Shown: piece by piece, positions 1-12,319 of the stretch
Position numbering within the stretch: the first letter of the stretch is position 1
How the letters are laid out: the number at the start of each line of letters is the position of its first letter
Assembly (NCBI GenBank): GCA_965240325.2
Contig: OZ251225.1
Location: 1,054,001 to 1,118,000 of the forward strand
Reading direction: 5' to 3'
DNA from: Rebecca billardiae RCC1528
Lineage: Eukaryota > Protista > Haptophyta
DNA length: 64,000 nt
Translations under genes and position numbers: made by a program
Notes under the pieces: generated by a model
Told to the model about the DNA's origin: nothing
The model's database searches: none
What the model saw: the letters and a program-made list of their open reading frames with translations, nothing else

Positions 1-361
1 CCACGGTGTCAATGCCGCGGGCCGGCGCCGGGCGGGCGCGGGGACTGACGTCGTCCCGCTACGACGAGGCTGATATGTCGCGTCTCAGCTGATGACGGCG
101 AGACCAATTCGTCTGAGTGCTCTTCAAGGTTTCTGACGGTGCCACCTGGCTTAGTTTAACACTTCTGGACTCCAATCAGTAAATTCAACCGGCACTGAAT
201 CGTCTGACAGTGACAGCCGAATTGGTGGCCGAATGGACGACTCGTCCAGCTTTGCCGGGCTGAGCTTGTCCGTTGACCCACGAACATTGTGATGCCGCGG
301 CAGCGTCTCCAAAGCCAAGCCAGAGAGCATAGGCGCTGCCACTGATCATCGGATGATGGCT

Positions 362-760
362 TCAGCCCGTGAACTTCGCCTTGGGGTCCTCCTTGCAGAT
401 CGGCTTGCACTCCTGCAAGCAATCAGTGCGCGTCTTCGTGAATTGGCCCTTGGGCTTCATGCAGTAGTACGCACACAAGCTCAGGCAGTCGTTGTACTCC
501 TTCTCCTCCTTGCTGCCCTTCGCCGGCTTCGCGAGCGCGGCTCCAGGAACGGCCACGAGAGGTGCGAGCAACGCCGTGCGAAGCGTCGCGCGCCTGGACG
601 CCTCGTGCGTGCTGACAGCGCCCGCGGGTGCGGCCGCGTGGCACGACCCAGTCGGTGCGTGCGCACTCGTTGGGCTACGGACACTCAGCGCGCCGACGCT
701 CGCGGGCAGCATGCAACACGCCAGCGCCAACAACATCGCGGTCGCGAGCACCCGCGTCAT
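362..760 (-). CDS. Small Cys-rich protein with tripartite plastid/thylakoid-lumen targeting (132 aa)
   Basis: ATG at 760. Hydrophobic signal peptide (VLATAMLLALACCML), Ser/Ala-rich transit region, twin-Arg SRRATLRTALL, then AxA cleavage site (AALA|KP). Mature part carries CX3CX3C-X13-CX3CX3C. Confidence 0.75.
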   Translation of the reverse strand: MTRVLATAMLLALACCMLPASVGALSVRSPTSAHAPTGSCHAAAPAGAVSTHEASRRATLRTALLAPLVAVPGAALAKPAKGSKEEKEYNDCLSLCAYYCMKPKGQFTKTRTDCLQECKPICKEDPKAKFTG

Positions 761-1016
761 GATTGCGCTCACGCAAGCCGAGCAAGCGCAACGCCGACCG
801 AGGACGCTGTTTGGTTGCTCACTACTTGACTCCCTTGGTTTGGTGCACCCGTCCGGAACCAGTGCTTCCCGGACCAAAGCGCCGAGCGAGCGTCCTCACA
901 AACCTGCGCAGCTGATCCCGTCGCCGGTGCACCTTGACCTGCCCTGCCACGCTCCGTGCGCGCGAGAGACCGGCCGTCAGGACCACGTGCGCGCTGCGAG
1001 CTCGGGGCGGGTTTCG

Positions 1017-3134
<2,118 letters not shown>

Positions 3135-3618
3135 AGCGCCGGCGCGGTGACCACGTCGATGTCGCCTGCCTGACCATTGAGTTTGCGTGTTCTTAATATT
3201 GGCGCGCCGCGTGACTCGGCGTTCTGCCGTTCACCCGCACCGCGTTGCAACTCCGAGTCGACAGTGCTCAGCGTCACGGCTCTTGATGCATGATGCTATA
3301 TATTTTTTTTTATGGCTCTCCGCTCTGCCGCGACGGCGGCCAGGCGCGACGAATAGCTGCTACTAATAAATAGGAGTGTAAGTACTGTGATGTGATACTA
3401 AGTGTGTAGCTAATAACCACGCTAGCTAAGCTAACCAGTACGCAATGAACGGCTAGCTATACTGATATGCAGCGCAGCAGAATAAATCGGACCACGACGA
3501 CGACTCTGAATAGACTCTGATGACGATGATATGACGTATGTCACTACACATGTAGCTACACCTGATAATGGGTGTACAGTAGTTATGATTTGAGATGAAT
3601 ATCAGACGCAATAACATT

Positions 3619-3761
<143 letters not shown>

Positions 3762-3935
3762 CGGAGAGAGTATTCCCCAGAAACAGCAGTCACAGCGTGA
3801 CATCTGTCATCTCACATCATGATGATAGCTATGATTCATGGTCGGACCCGGTCCTGGTAGTTATGATGATCAATAATCTCGGAGCTAACTACTGCTAGCA
3901 TGCACTAGTTAGCTAGTCTCCGTAGATACTTTATG

Positions 3936-3994
3936 GCGCACGCCCCCCCCCCGAAAGGTCTGAGCGTGAGCGAAAGCCGGGGGGGGGGCGGCGC
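3936..3994. other. GC-clamped stem-loop (CG-C10 / G10-CG)
   Basis: 12-bp perfect stem, extended by gcgc/gcgc, enclosing gaaaggtctgagcgtgagcgaaagcc. Confidence 0.6.
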
Positions 3995-5249
3995 ACGTGC
4001 TCCGCAAAATCAAAAAGAGGATGCGCGCAGGATTTTGGGGATTTTTGTGGGTGGCCTTACCGTACGTATGAGTGGATTTCGCTGCCAATGATTGCGTTTG
4101 TAGTAGATGCTAATTTTAACGATAGTAACACTTAGGGGAATGCCGGGTGGAATAGCATATAACACCAGCCGTGTGTTCGAACATTCCGTCATAGTAAGAT
4201 GCTTGAATTGTAAGAGCCTGAAACAGCTCGCCAACCATAGAAAAGAGAGGTTGAGTCAGATTTTATGTCGCTTGAAGTAAAGAATTATTATGCCGGCATC
4301 TGAAGTCATGATTCATGAACCGTCGCTTCTCAGTGGCGGATATCATCAGGTTAAGGCCGTTAACTCGTTAAGCCCCTTGTTAAAAGCCCCTTGATTACCC
4401 TTGATTCATACACGGGTAATATCTTTTAAAGCCGGAAGGCGCTCAAAATACCCAAGTGGGTGCGCACTGGGTGCCGGGTGGCCCGCGAAGTAAAGTACAG
4501 TTTACTATTATTAACGTGCACACTTGGTTAACATTTTATCGGTGACTAGAATCAAGAGATCTTCAACTGAAACGTGATTTGGACGTCGAAGAGGCACGCA
4601 CGGCCCAAGGCCGAAGAGGCACGGCTCGTTGCTTGCGGTTGGCAATGCGGGGTGCTGCACTGCACAGGCGCGGTGCGACGGGGAGCATTCCTTCTCCCGG
4701 GCGGCCACCACGGCCTCGGAGGTGGTGAGGAACGCGTCGGCGACCACGGCGTGGACCACCTCCGTCGCGCCGGACACCCCGGTCGCCCCTCACCGGACTC
4801 CACCCTCGCCGCGCGCTGACCGTTTGCCGGTCGAGCCGTGCTTGCTGTGCTGCCTGCGCGGCCCGGCGCGTGCCCCCGCGTGGTGCCACAAGGCGGGTGC
4901 AGACGTGGCGGCGCGGTGGTGCGTGCGATCGGGGGACCCCACCTGAACTATGACACGGCTGCGCGCGCTCATCCGTGCTCATCACGGTGGTGGACGCGCG
5001 ACTCGACGCGCGCATCGAGCGCGGCAGGCCGGCACGGCTCGGCTCGGCAGCCTGCTCGAGGCGCGAAGGCGCGCACCGCGCGCTGCCCGTGGGCGCGACG
5101 AGATGGTGCATCATCGCGCTACTTGCCATCTTCCTCTCGCCACGCCTTCGACACGATGGCTGCGACTGCTGCTCGGAGGCGCGCTCCGGGGGGCTCACGC
5201 ACGCGTTCAGAATTCGAGCTCGGCGGTGACCGCGTGGACGAGGGGCAGC

Positions 5250-5711
5250 GCGGTGCACGGTGGCGGAGCGCGTGCGGAGCGCAGCCTACACCTACTACAC
5301 GCTCCATCCAGACACATCGCGCATGCTCGCGCGACCTCCTCGGTCCATCACGCGCGCGTGCGCGCGCGAGCAGGTTTCGGCAGCTGCCGGGCGCGAGCGA
5401 GCACGGCGCGCCGCGTTGGCGCGCGCGCACCGATACCCGTGCGCAGCTCGACGAGCGAGCGCGGTGTGTTTCGACGCGTATGGAGAGACGCGGTGCATCG
5501 GGGTGGAGCGCGTGCGGAGCGCAGCCTACACCTACTACACGCTCCATCCAGACACATCGCGCATGCTCGCGCGACCTCCTCGGTCCATCACGCGCCCGTG
5601 CGCGCGCGACGGCAGGTGTGCACTCAGTGCAGCCGCCGGGCGCGAGCACGGCGCGCCGCGTTGGCGCGCGCGCACCGATACCCGTGCGCAGCTCGACGAG
5701 CGAGCGCGGTG
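5250..5711. repeat. Tandem duplication, unit about 240 bp, inside a non-genic TE-like tract
   Basis: ggagcgcgtgcggagcgcagcctacacctactacacgctcc... occurs at about 5265 and 5505 and is near-identical through ...gctcgacgagcgagcgcggtg. Confidence 0.9.
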
Positions 5712-6225
5712 GGGTTCGATGCCGCCGACCACCTCTGGCTCGGTCGCGCTCACGAGGCTGGTCGCGGGCCTAATCGTGCCGTGTATTGGGTAATTGGCTG
5801 CCTGCTCGGTCATTGGTGAACTCGCGACGCCGACTACAAGTACAACCGCGAGTACGGTTACACGTATTCTGGTAGGCATGCTGTGATTGTGAGTTTATGC
5901 AACTGTGATATTCTGTACATAGGGCCGTGCGCCCTCAACTTCGTTGTTCACTACCCGAAGATCGGCGTAGCCGATCATTATAATGTATCTTTGTCGCCTG
6001 CCGTTTCATGCCACGATGATGGCGCCGTTAAATTCTATCGTCATAATTATCGTCGTCAGCACATTGTTATTTTTCGCACTAGCTACGGTGTCGGTAGTAG
6101 CACGCGGATTTTGACGACGAGCGAGGGGCCGCCTGAAAAAATCAAAAAAATGTCAAACTTAATAAAGTTTGGCCCACTTGCATGGCGGCCCGCGTCGGCA
6201 GTCGCCAAACGTTTGCCACCCACGA

Positions 6226-7785
6226 ATGGATGGCTCCCGGGCCACATGGCGGACTCTCGTGTGCGTGCTCATTGCATGCATTCTAGCGCTCAATCTCACC
6301 ACGTGGCGCCGGGCAAGCTTGCCGCCGCCAGACCTCGTCGCCCATGCAGCTGATGTGGCGCGCCCGCAGCCGTCAGGGGTGACCCCAGGGACAGTCGGTT
6401 GGTCTGCAGCTGATGAGCGGCAGCACGCGCCGACGAACCGCCGTGTCAAGCCTCACCCGATCTCAGCCGTTCCCCTGCGTCAGTACGCAGAGCAGCAGCT
6501 CTTCAGTCCAGCCCCAAACGCATCCGCGCAGCTTGAGCGCGATGCTGCCATTGGCTGTGTGATCGGCTCTCCGAGCGTGCTCGACGTGTCACCGCGCCGG
6601 TTCGAGGCGGTGCATCACGAGCAGCTCTTCGCGTACAATCCGTCCATTGCGCGCTACGGCGACGGCTACATCGTCTCGTACCGCGTGGACTGGCAGCATG
6701 GCTGCAAGGTGGAGCGCGGCGGCATGGCGAAGCAGTTTGCAGCGCGCGGCAAGTGGCGCAAGCACACGGCGCTCATACGGACGGACGCGGAGCTCCGCCC
6801 AATCGGTGATCCCCTCGCGCTGCAGGTCTGCCATAGTGGCTACGCCGTGCCCCTGCCCAAGGGCACCGGCCCCGGCGCGCGGCTCGTCGACGTGCGGCTC
6901 GCGCGCGCGCCCGACGCGTCGCTCTGGCTGACGTACCTGCCGATGATCATGTACGAATGGCACCTGCCCAAGGAGTGCCGCGCGTGCTGCATGGCGTGCA
7001 ACAAGCAGACGCACGTCGCGCGGGTGGTCGTGCAGGAGCTCGGCGCAAGCGGCCGCTCGGCGGGCGCCACCGCGTCGGCGGCTCCCCCGCCGCCGCGGCC
7101 CTGGAGTGTGCAGCTCACGGACAACGTCGGGCTGTGCGCGCCCGCCGTCAGCGGGCGGAACCACGCGCTCTTCTTTGGCGCCGACAGCGCGCCGCGGGCG
7201 CAGGTGTGGCTGCACCCGCGGGTCGTCGTCACGGACGTGCCGCCGCGACGAGCCGGCGGCGCCGGCGCCTCGACGTCGGACGTGCGCGTCGAGACGGCGT
7301 CGAGCGTGCTCCGACTTCCCTCGCGCGGGCGCGCAGGCGCGTGCGCGCACCTCAGGCTCTCAGGCACCACACAGCTCGTGCGCGTCCGTGCGCCGCGCGC
7401 GTACGCAAGATCGGGCGAGCTGCTGCTCGGCATCGCGCACATGCACCACGTGCCCGCGCCGAACCGGTCGCACGGCAAGATGAGCGAGATGGCCCCCATC
7501 CGCCAGGGTATCGCCTACTTTGGCTCGCACTACATGCACGTGCTGTACGCCCTCGCGCCCGAGCCTCCGCACTCGCTGCTCGCGCACTCAGACGAGTTCT
7601 GTGTGCCGCACTCGGACGAGGACAAGCGCTGCGAGGTGGTGCAATTCATCTCGGGGCTCGAGCTCGCGCACGGCGAGGATGAGCTTGTGCTGATCTACGG
7701 CGCCAACGACTGCGAGAGCAAGTTTGCATGGCTGCCCGTCGACCGGGCCCTGGCGATGCTGCGATGGGAAGGCGGCCGACGATGA
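6226..7785 (+). CDS. Type II membrane five-bladed beta-propeller carbohydrate-active enzyme (GH130/GT91 beta-mannosyltransferase-like), 519 aa
   Basis: N-terminal TM (LVCVLIACILAL). Motifs YNPSIA..YIVSYRV, DVRL, LSGTTQL..LLGIAH, YMHVLYAL..PPH, VQFISGL, LIYGANDC. No introns. Confidence 0.65.
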   Translation: MDGSRATWRTLVCVLIACILALNLTTWRRASLPPPDLVAHAADVARPQPSGVTPGTVGWSAADERQHAPTNRRVKPHPISAVPLRQYAEQQLFSPAPNASAQLERDAAIGCVIGSPSVLDVSPRRFEAVHHEQLFAYNPSIARYGDGYIVSYRVDWQHGCKVERGGMAKQFAARGKWRKHTALIRTDAELRPIGDPLALQVCHSGYAVPLPKGTGPGARLVDVRLARAPDASLWLTYLPMIMYEWHLPKECRACCMACNKQTHVARVVVQELGASGRSAGATASAAPPPPRPWSVQLTDNVGLCAPAVSGRNHALFFGADSAPRAQVWLHPRVVVTDVPPRRAGGAGASTSDVRVETASSVLRLPSRGRAGACAHLRLSGTTQLVRVRAPRAYARSGELLLGIAHMHHVPAPNRSHGKMSEMAPIRQGIAYFGSHYMHVLYALAPEPPHSLLAHSDEFCVPHSDEDKRCEVVQFISGLELAHGEDELVLIYGANDCESKFAWLPVDRALAMLRWEGGRR

Positions 7786-7857
7786 TTTTGAATTTGGGTT
7801 ACTATTCAATATGCCGCCAATAGAATTACGACTGCTACCAGCGCGCTATAGCCTTAT

Positions 7858-7860
<3 letters not shown>

Positions 7861-7911
<51 letters not shown>
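7861..7911. repeat. (CT)n microsatellite
   Basis: CT dinucleotide run. Confidence 0.97.
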
Positions 7912-7919
<8 letters not shown>

Positions 7920-8238
7920 GGCGGTCTCTCTCAGCTCTCTCTCTCCGCACACTACACTACATCATTGACACTTCGGACAGGCCTCACGACCGTATAGTCA
8001 CGACGGCGGTCGTAACTACTGATGACCTTGGAAGTGATGACCATGACATCTGTCATCCCGGATGATGGCCGGAATAATCAAATACTAGCTGCTGCTATAC
8101 TGCCGCGCGAATAACCGACGTACGTCACGACGATAGTACCTGGCGGCTGCTACTGCCCGACTGAGTGACTACTACTACATGATGCATATACATACATGTC
8201 ACTACTACAGGCTGCCACGACGGCGACTCGTAACGCAC

Positions 8239-10122
8239 TCACGCAGGCTGCTCCTGCGCGGATGCAGCGATGCCCGCGACCGGCTTGGCGCGCGGTGACG
8301 TGCGCTTTCGTGCAGCTGTTGCGCGTGCCGCGGCTGCCTCCGATGCGGCGATGGAGTCTGGCGCGGCTGCGCCCCAGCCTGGACCGGGCTCCTCTTCGCG
8401 GTCGTCCTCCGACGAGTCGTCATTCGAGCCACCCTCTCCTGCCGGCTCCTCTGCGCCTGCTGGGGCCGCCCCCTCAGCCACGGCTGCAGCGTCGCCTTCG
8501 GCCACCGGTGCCGCCTCTGGGCCCCCGTCTCCGGGCTCGGCTGCCGTCTCTGCGGGGGTGGCTGCCGCGGCCGGGCCGGCGCCGGCTGCCACGCGGGCGG
8601 ACACGCGCGAGCCGAGCTTGCGTCGCTTGCGCTCCGCCTTGCGCTCCGCCTTGAGCCGCTTCATAATCACGCGCCACCGCTCCGTCGCCTCGTCGGCATC
8701 GCGCACTCGCGCCTCCTCAGCAGCCTGCTCGGCGAGCCAACCGGGCAGCCGCTTGCGGCTGGCCTCGCACAGCTGCTCGTTCTGCTCGAGCACGGTGCGC
8801 AGCTGCGCCTGCGCCTGCCGGATCTCCGCGCACAGCGCGTCGTCCTCGTCCACGAGCGCCGCGTCCGCCGAGTCGAGCAGCCCGACGCGCACGAGCTCCG
8901 CGCGCAGCTCCTGCTCGAGCCGGACCGAGCTCTCGACGGCCACGCTCTCGTCCCCGACCGTGATCGGGCCGAGCGGCTCGGGCTGCGAGATCGAGTCGAC
9001 GGCGCCCGCGCGCGTGGGCGCCATGTCGATGCGCGGCACGAAGCCCGACTGATCCACGAGCGCGCCGAGCACGCGCGGGGTGAATGACAGCTCCTGCGCG
9101 TCCCGCTGCCAGTGGTATTTGGCTGCCGATCCAGCGGCGCCGCCCGCGCCATCGGCGCACGACTGCCCGGCAGCTTCGGCGCGCGGCGCAAACGCGGCCG
9201 CGCTCGGGATGAGCCCGTCGGCGACCGCGAGCAGCTGCGCCTCCTCCTCCCACTGCACCGAGTAGTGCCGTCCCCTCGGCCGGATCTGGAACGGATCGTC
9301 CAGGTCGGCCGCGTCCCCGTCACCCATCGCGCAGAAGCGGCGCGCGCGCGCGTCGGTGTCGAGCAGCTCGGCGGCGCCCGTGTCCAGCCGCTCAAAGAAG
9401 GAGCTGGCGAAGGCCCACAGCGCCTCGGGGTCGGCTTCGGCGGAGACCCGTCGGATCTCGTACCCGGCTGCCTCGCCCTCGAGCTCGAAGAGCGAGGGTT
9501 CCGCTCCGTTCACCTTCTTCGGGGCGGGGGCCGCCGTGCCGCCGACCGGCCCGTTGGCGGGCAGCGCGCCTTGCTCGGCCGCCCGGCCCATGGCCGCGAG
9601 GTCGAGCGCGGAGCCGCGCGGCGAGTCGAGCTCGTTGGTGCGCAGGAAACGGCCGTACTTGTCGCGCGTCACCTTCGTATTCGCGCTCATCTGGCGCGTC
9701 AGCGTCAGCAGCCCGTCACCCGCCGAGCCTGATCGCGTGCGCGCCCCGGCCAAGTCCTCATCACCCGCCACTTGATCGGCATGCGGGTTCTTAAGGGTGG
9801 CGATGGCCATCCAAACGGTCAGCAGAGCGCGCTCGCCGTGAATCGCTGCTCGCTGGTCCGCCACCTCTGCGAGCAGCATGTCCAGCTCCGCCCAGAGGCA
9901 CTCGAGCTGCTCGAGCGTCCACGAGTTGCGCTGGTCAGCGCCGTCGCGGCACGCACGCTGCAGCAGCGGGTACGCCTTCTTGTCCTCCATGGGCACAGGG
10001 AGAGACTCGAGTGGGCACGGTGGTGGAGCGTCGTCGGCGCCCTCATCCCACTCGGCGCGCGCGCTCTTGCGCACGCGGACCGATAGGCGGCCACTCGGCC
10101 CCGCGGCGTTGGAGTCCCCCAT
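8239..10122 (-). CDS. ADA3: Transcriptional adapter 3 (ADA3/NGG1, SAGA HAT module)-like; alternative ATG at 10185
   Basis: LEQLECLWAELDMLL N-terminal helix, LWAFASSFF, FQIRPRGRHYSVQWEEE, FTPRVLGALV, LEQELRAELVRVGLLD and EDDALCAEIRQAQAQL match the Ada3 motif order. Confidence 0.8.
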   Translation of the reverse strand: MGDSNAAGPSGRLSVRVRKSARAEWDEGADDAPPPCPLESLPVPMEDKKAYPLLQRACRDGADQRNSWTLEQLECLWAELDMLLAEVADQRAAIHGERALLTVWMAIATLKNPHADQVAGDEDLAGARTRSGSAGDGLLTLTRQMSANTKVTRDKYGRFLRTNELDSPRGSALDLAAMGRAAEQGALPANGPVGGTAAPAPKKVNGAEPSLFELEGEAAGYEIRRVSAEADPEALWAFASSFFERLDTGAAELLDTDARARRFCAMGDGDAADLDDPFQIRPRGRHYSVQWEEEAQLLAVADGLIPSAAAFAPRAEAAGQSCADGAGGAAGSAAKYHWQRDAQELSFTPRVLGALVDQSGFVPRIDMAPTRAGAVDSISQPEPLGPITVGDESVAVESSVRLEQELRAELVRVGLLDSADAALVDEDDALCAEIRQAQAQLRTVLEQNEQLCEASRKRLPGWLAEQAAEEARVRDADEATERWRVIMKRLKAERKAERKRRKLGSRVSARVAAGAGPAAAATPAETAAEPGDGGPEAAPVAEGDAAAVAEGAAPAGAEEPAGEGGSNDDSSEDDREEEPGPGWGAAAPDSIAASEAAAARATAARKRTSPRAKPVAGIAASAQEQPA

Positions 10123-10286
10123 GATATCAGCCTGCGCGGGCAGCCCCGGCTGCGCTGCACGAGGGCGAGCGCTGCCGCTAGGCATTACTTGTATTGGCTA
10201 TTGGCATTTTGATGCCATATTTTCATTTTCCCGCCTGTCGGCTGTCGTCGCTCTCGGGAGTGCGCAGCGCCAGCAACGGCGGCGGC

Positions 10287-12017
10287 ATGGCGGGCGCGCG
10301 GGCGATATGCGCGCTGGTTGTTGTCCTCGGCGTGGCGGCGGCGGCCGGTCGCCCGTACGCGGAGCCGAGCTACGCGCTTGCTGTCGAGCAGCTCCAGCAG
10401 CTTGCGCGCGCCCACCCTGACCTTGTGAGCGTGACGACCGCGCAATCCGCATTTGGGCTCGCGACCGCGGGCACGTGCAAGGTGTCGGGCACTCGCGCGC
10501 CGTGTCTGAACTGGATCGTGCACGTCACGAACCGGCGCACGCTCCCGGACGTTGAGCGGCCGGAGATTCTCTTCCTTGGCGCTCTGCACGGCGACGAGCG
10601 CATCGGCACGGTCTCCACCATAGAGCTCGCTCGCTTCCTTGCCTCATCGCACGGCACGAACGCGTGGGTGCGCCGCCTGGTGGACACGACGAGCATCTGG
10701 ATCGTGCCGATGCCCAACGCCGTGGGGTACGAGGAGAACAAGCGGCTCGAGCTCGGCCTGTTCCCCAACCGCGACTTCGGCTACGTGCAGAAGCCCGAGA
10801 AGTGCATGACGACCATCGCCGGCCGCACGGTCAACGAGCTCTTCCGCGAGCATGCGTTCAGGATCGCCGTCACCTTCCACGGCGGGATGACGTCGATCGG
10901 GTACCCGTGGGGCTCGTTCAACCACCACAGGAACGGCCCGCGGCAGGCGCCCGACGACGCCGCGCTGCACGACATCGCCCGCGCGCTCTCCAACTACGCG
11001 TCCACCGGCGGCGTCGACAAGAAGTACCCGTTTGGCACGATGAACGACCAGGTGTACCCCGTGTACGGCGGCATGGAGGACTGGGGCTACGCGGCCTCGT
11101 TCGACCCGCAGAACGCGGTGCGCTGCCGGCCGACGAGCCACGGCGGGTACGACGCGGGCCGCGCCGCGCCGAGCAACGCGTCCGCTCGCGCGCTCGTCTT
11201 CCTCGTCGAGGCGGGCCCGAAGCACCCGCGCGCGAGCACGCTGGGCGCCGAGGGCGACACGCTCCGGCCTGGCGCGCCTGGCGACGGCCACGTGCCGCGC
11301 AACATCCGGCTGGCGCTGGCCGCGATCGACTTCTTGCAGCCGCACGTGGAGGTGCTGCACCCGCCATCGCGAGCAAGCGCGCGCGTGCTCGACGCCGCCG
11401 TTGGCGAGCCCGTCCGCCTCGCGTGGCGCGTGTGGGGCGCGGCGCGCGTCGACGCTGCCGAGCTGGTCTGGCGCGCGCGTGGCGAGCACTCGTGGCAGGC
11501 GGTCGCCGGCGCGCGGAGCCAGAGCGGGTTCGGGGTGTGGGGCGACAGCGGCACGCCGGAGAAGGGGCGCGCTGGCGTGTACGAGCTCTGCCTCGCGCCC
11601 GCGGCCGAGGGCGCGGTGCAAGTGGCGCTTCGCGTCCGCGCGGACGCCCACTGGGGGCGCAACGGCGGCCGACGGATTGCGCCTGCAGGCATGCCACCGC
11701 AGTCGCACCTGTCTCGGGCGAGGACGGACCCCGCGTGGGACATGCGCAACCAGCAAAGCCGTGTGCGAGGGCGCGTGCACTGGCTCTCCGAGCCCGTCGA
11801 GCTGCGCGCCGGCGGCGGGTCGACGCACGCCGTGCCGCCGCGCATCGCCGAGTGTGCACGCGGCCTAGCAGCCGTGCGCGCGCCTGCAGCATCGGGCGCG
11901 CCGCGCACGGCGCGGTCGTCGCCGGCGAGCAGCATCATGCCATTCATGATGCCAAGCCGCACGCCGCGCAGGAAGCCTCGCAAGCGCATCGGGGACACGC
12001 GGGAAGGCGTGCAGTGA
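10287..12017 (+). CDS. Secreted zinc carboxypeptidase, peptidase family M14 (576 aa)
   Basis: Signal peptide, Zn motif GALHGDE, PMPNAVG, PNRDF, TFHGG (third ligand), YPVYGGMEDWGY. Confidence 0.88.
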   Translation: MAGARAICALVVVLGVAAAAGRPYAEPSYALAVEQLQQLARAHPDLVSVTTAQSAFGLATAGTCKVSGTRAPCLNWIVHVTNRRTLPDVERPEILFLGALHGDERIGTVSTIELARFLASSHGTNAWVRRLVDTTSIWIVPMPNAVGYEENKRLELGLFPNRDFGYVQKPEKCMTTIAGRTVNELFREHAFRIAVTFHGGMTSIGYPWGSFNHHRNGPRQAPDDAALHDIARALSNYASTGGVDKKYPFGTMNDQVYPVYGGMEDWGYAASFDPQNAVRCRPTSHGGYDAGRAAPSNASARALVFLVEAGPKHPRASTLGAEGDTLRPGAPGDGHVPRNIRLALAAIDFLQPHVEVLHPPSRASARVLDAAVGEPVRLAWRVWGAARVDAAELVWRARGEHSWQAVAGARSQSGFGVWGDSGTPEKGRAGVYELCLAPAAEGAVQVALRVRADAHWGRNGGRRIAPAGMPPQSHLSRARTDPAWDMRNQQSRVRGRVHWLSEPVELRAGGGSTHAVPPRIAECARGLAAVRAPAASGAPRTARSSPASSIMPFMMPSRTPRRKPRKRIGDTREGVQ

Positions 12018-12319
12018 TGATCGCTCTGTGCGCGTGGAGAGCAGGCCGCGACTCGCAGCCCTCGCACAGGCAGTGACTGTTGTCGCAATTGATGCCGTCC
12101 GATGGCCGGCCGCCGGCGCCACGCAGCGCACTACTTGTGCATGCGCCATCGTGGCGCCGGCCTGCCCAGCTTGAAGCTGCAGCTGTGGCACCCCAGTGGC
12201 AGGACTGCTGGCCGGGGCGCCGGGCGAATGAATTCAATCAATTCATGCGCATATCAAAAAGAAAAGCTGGGCGGCCGACGACCCGAAAGCTCAAGGAGCG
12301 GGCGTCTCTCGCCGCCATC

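Noticed and set aside
85-120. CTGATGA hammerhead or C/D-box-like motif
   Set aside because: No downstream GAAA or matching stems.
492-1016. N-terminal extensions of ORF-track calls (492, 6169, 10194, 35112, 41290, 48761)
   Set aside because: They overlap divergent genes or use non-ATG starts. Downstream ATGs give proper signal peptides or domain starts.
3953-4002. Hammerhead ribozyme or group II intron domain V
   Set aside because: CTGA..GAAA is present but lacks the CUGANGA core and stems. The domain V resemblance is interrupted by the G10 run.
5210-5224. gaattcgagctcgg resembling the pUC polylinker
   Set aside because: Only 14 nt and it does not continue into KpnI/SmaI sites, so it is a chance match.
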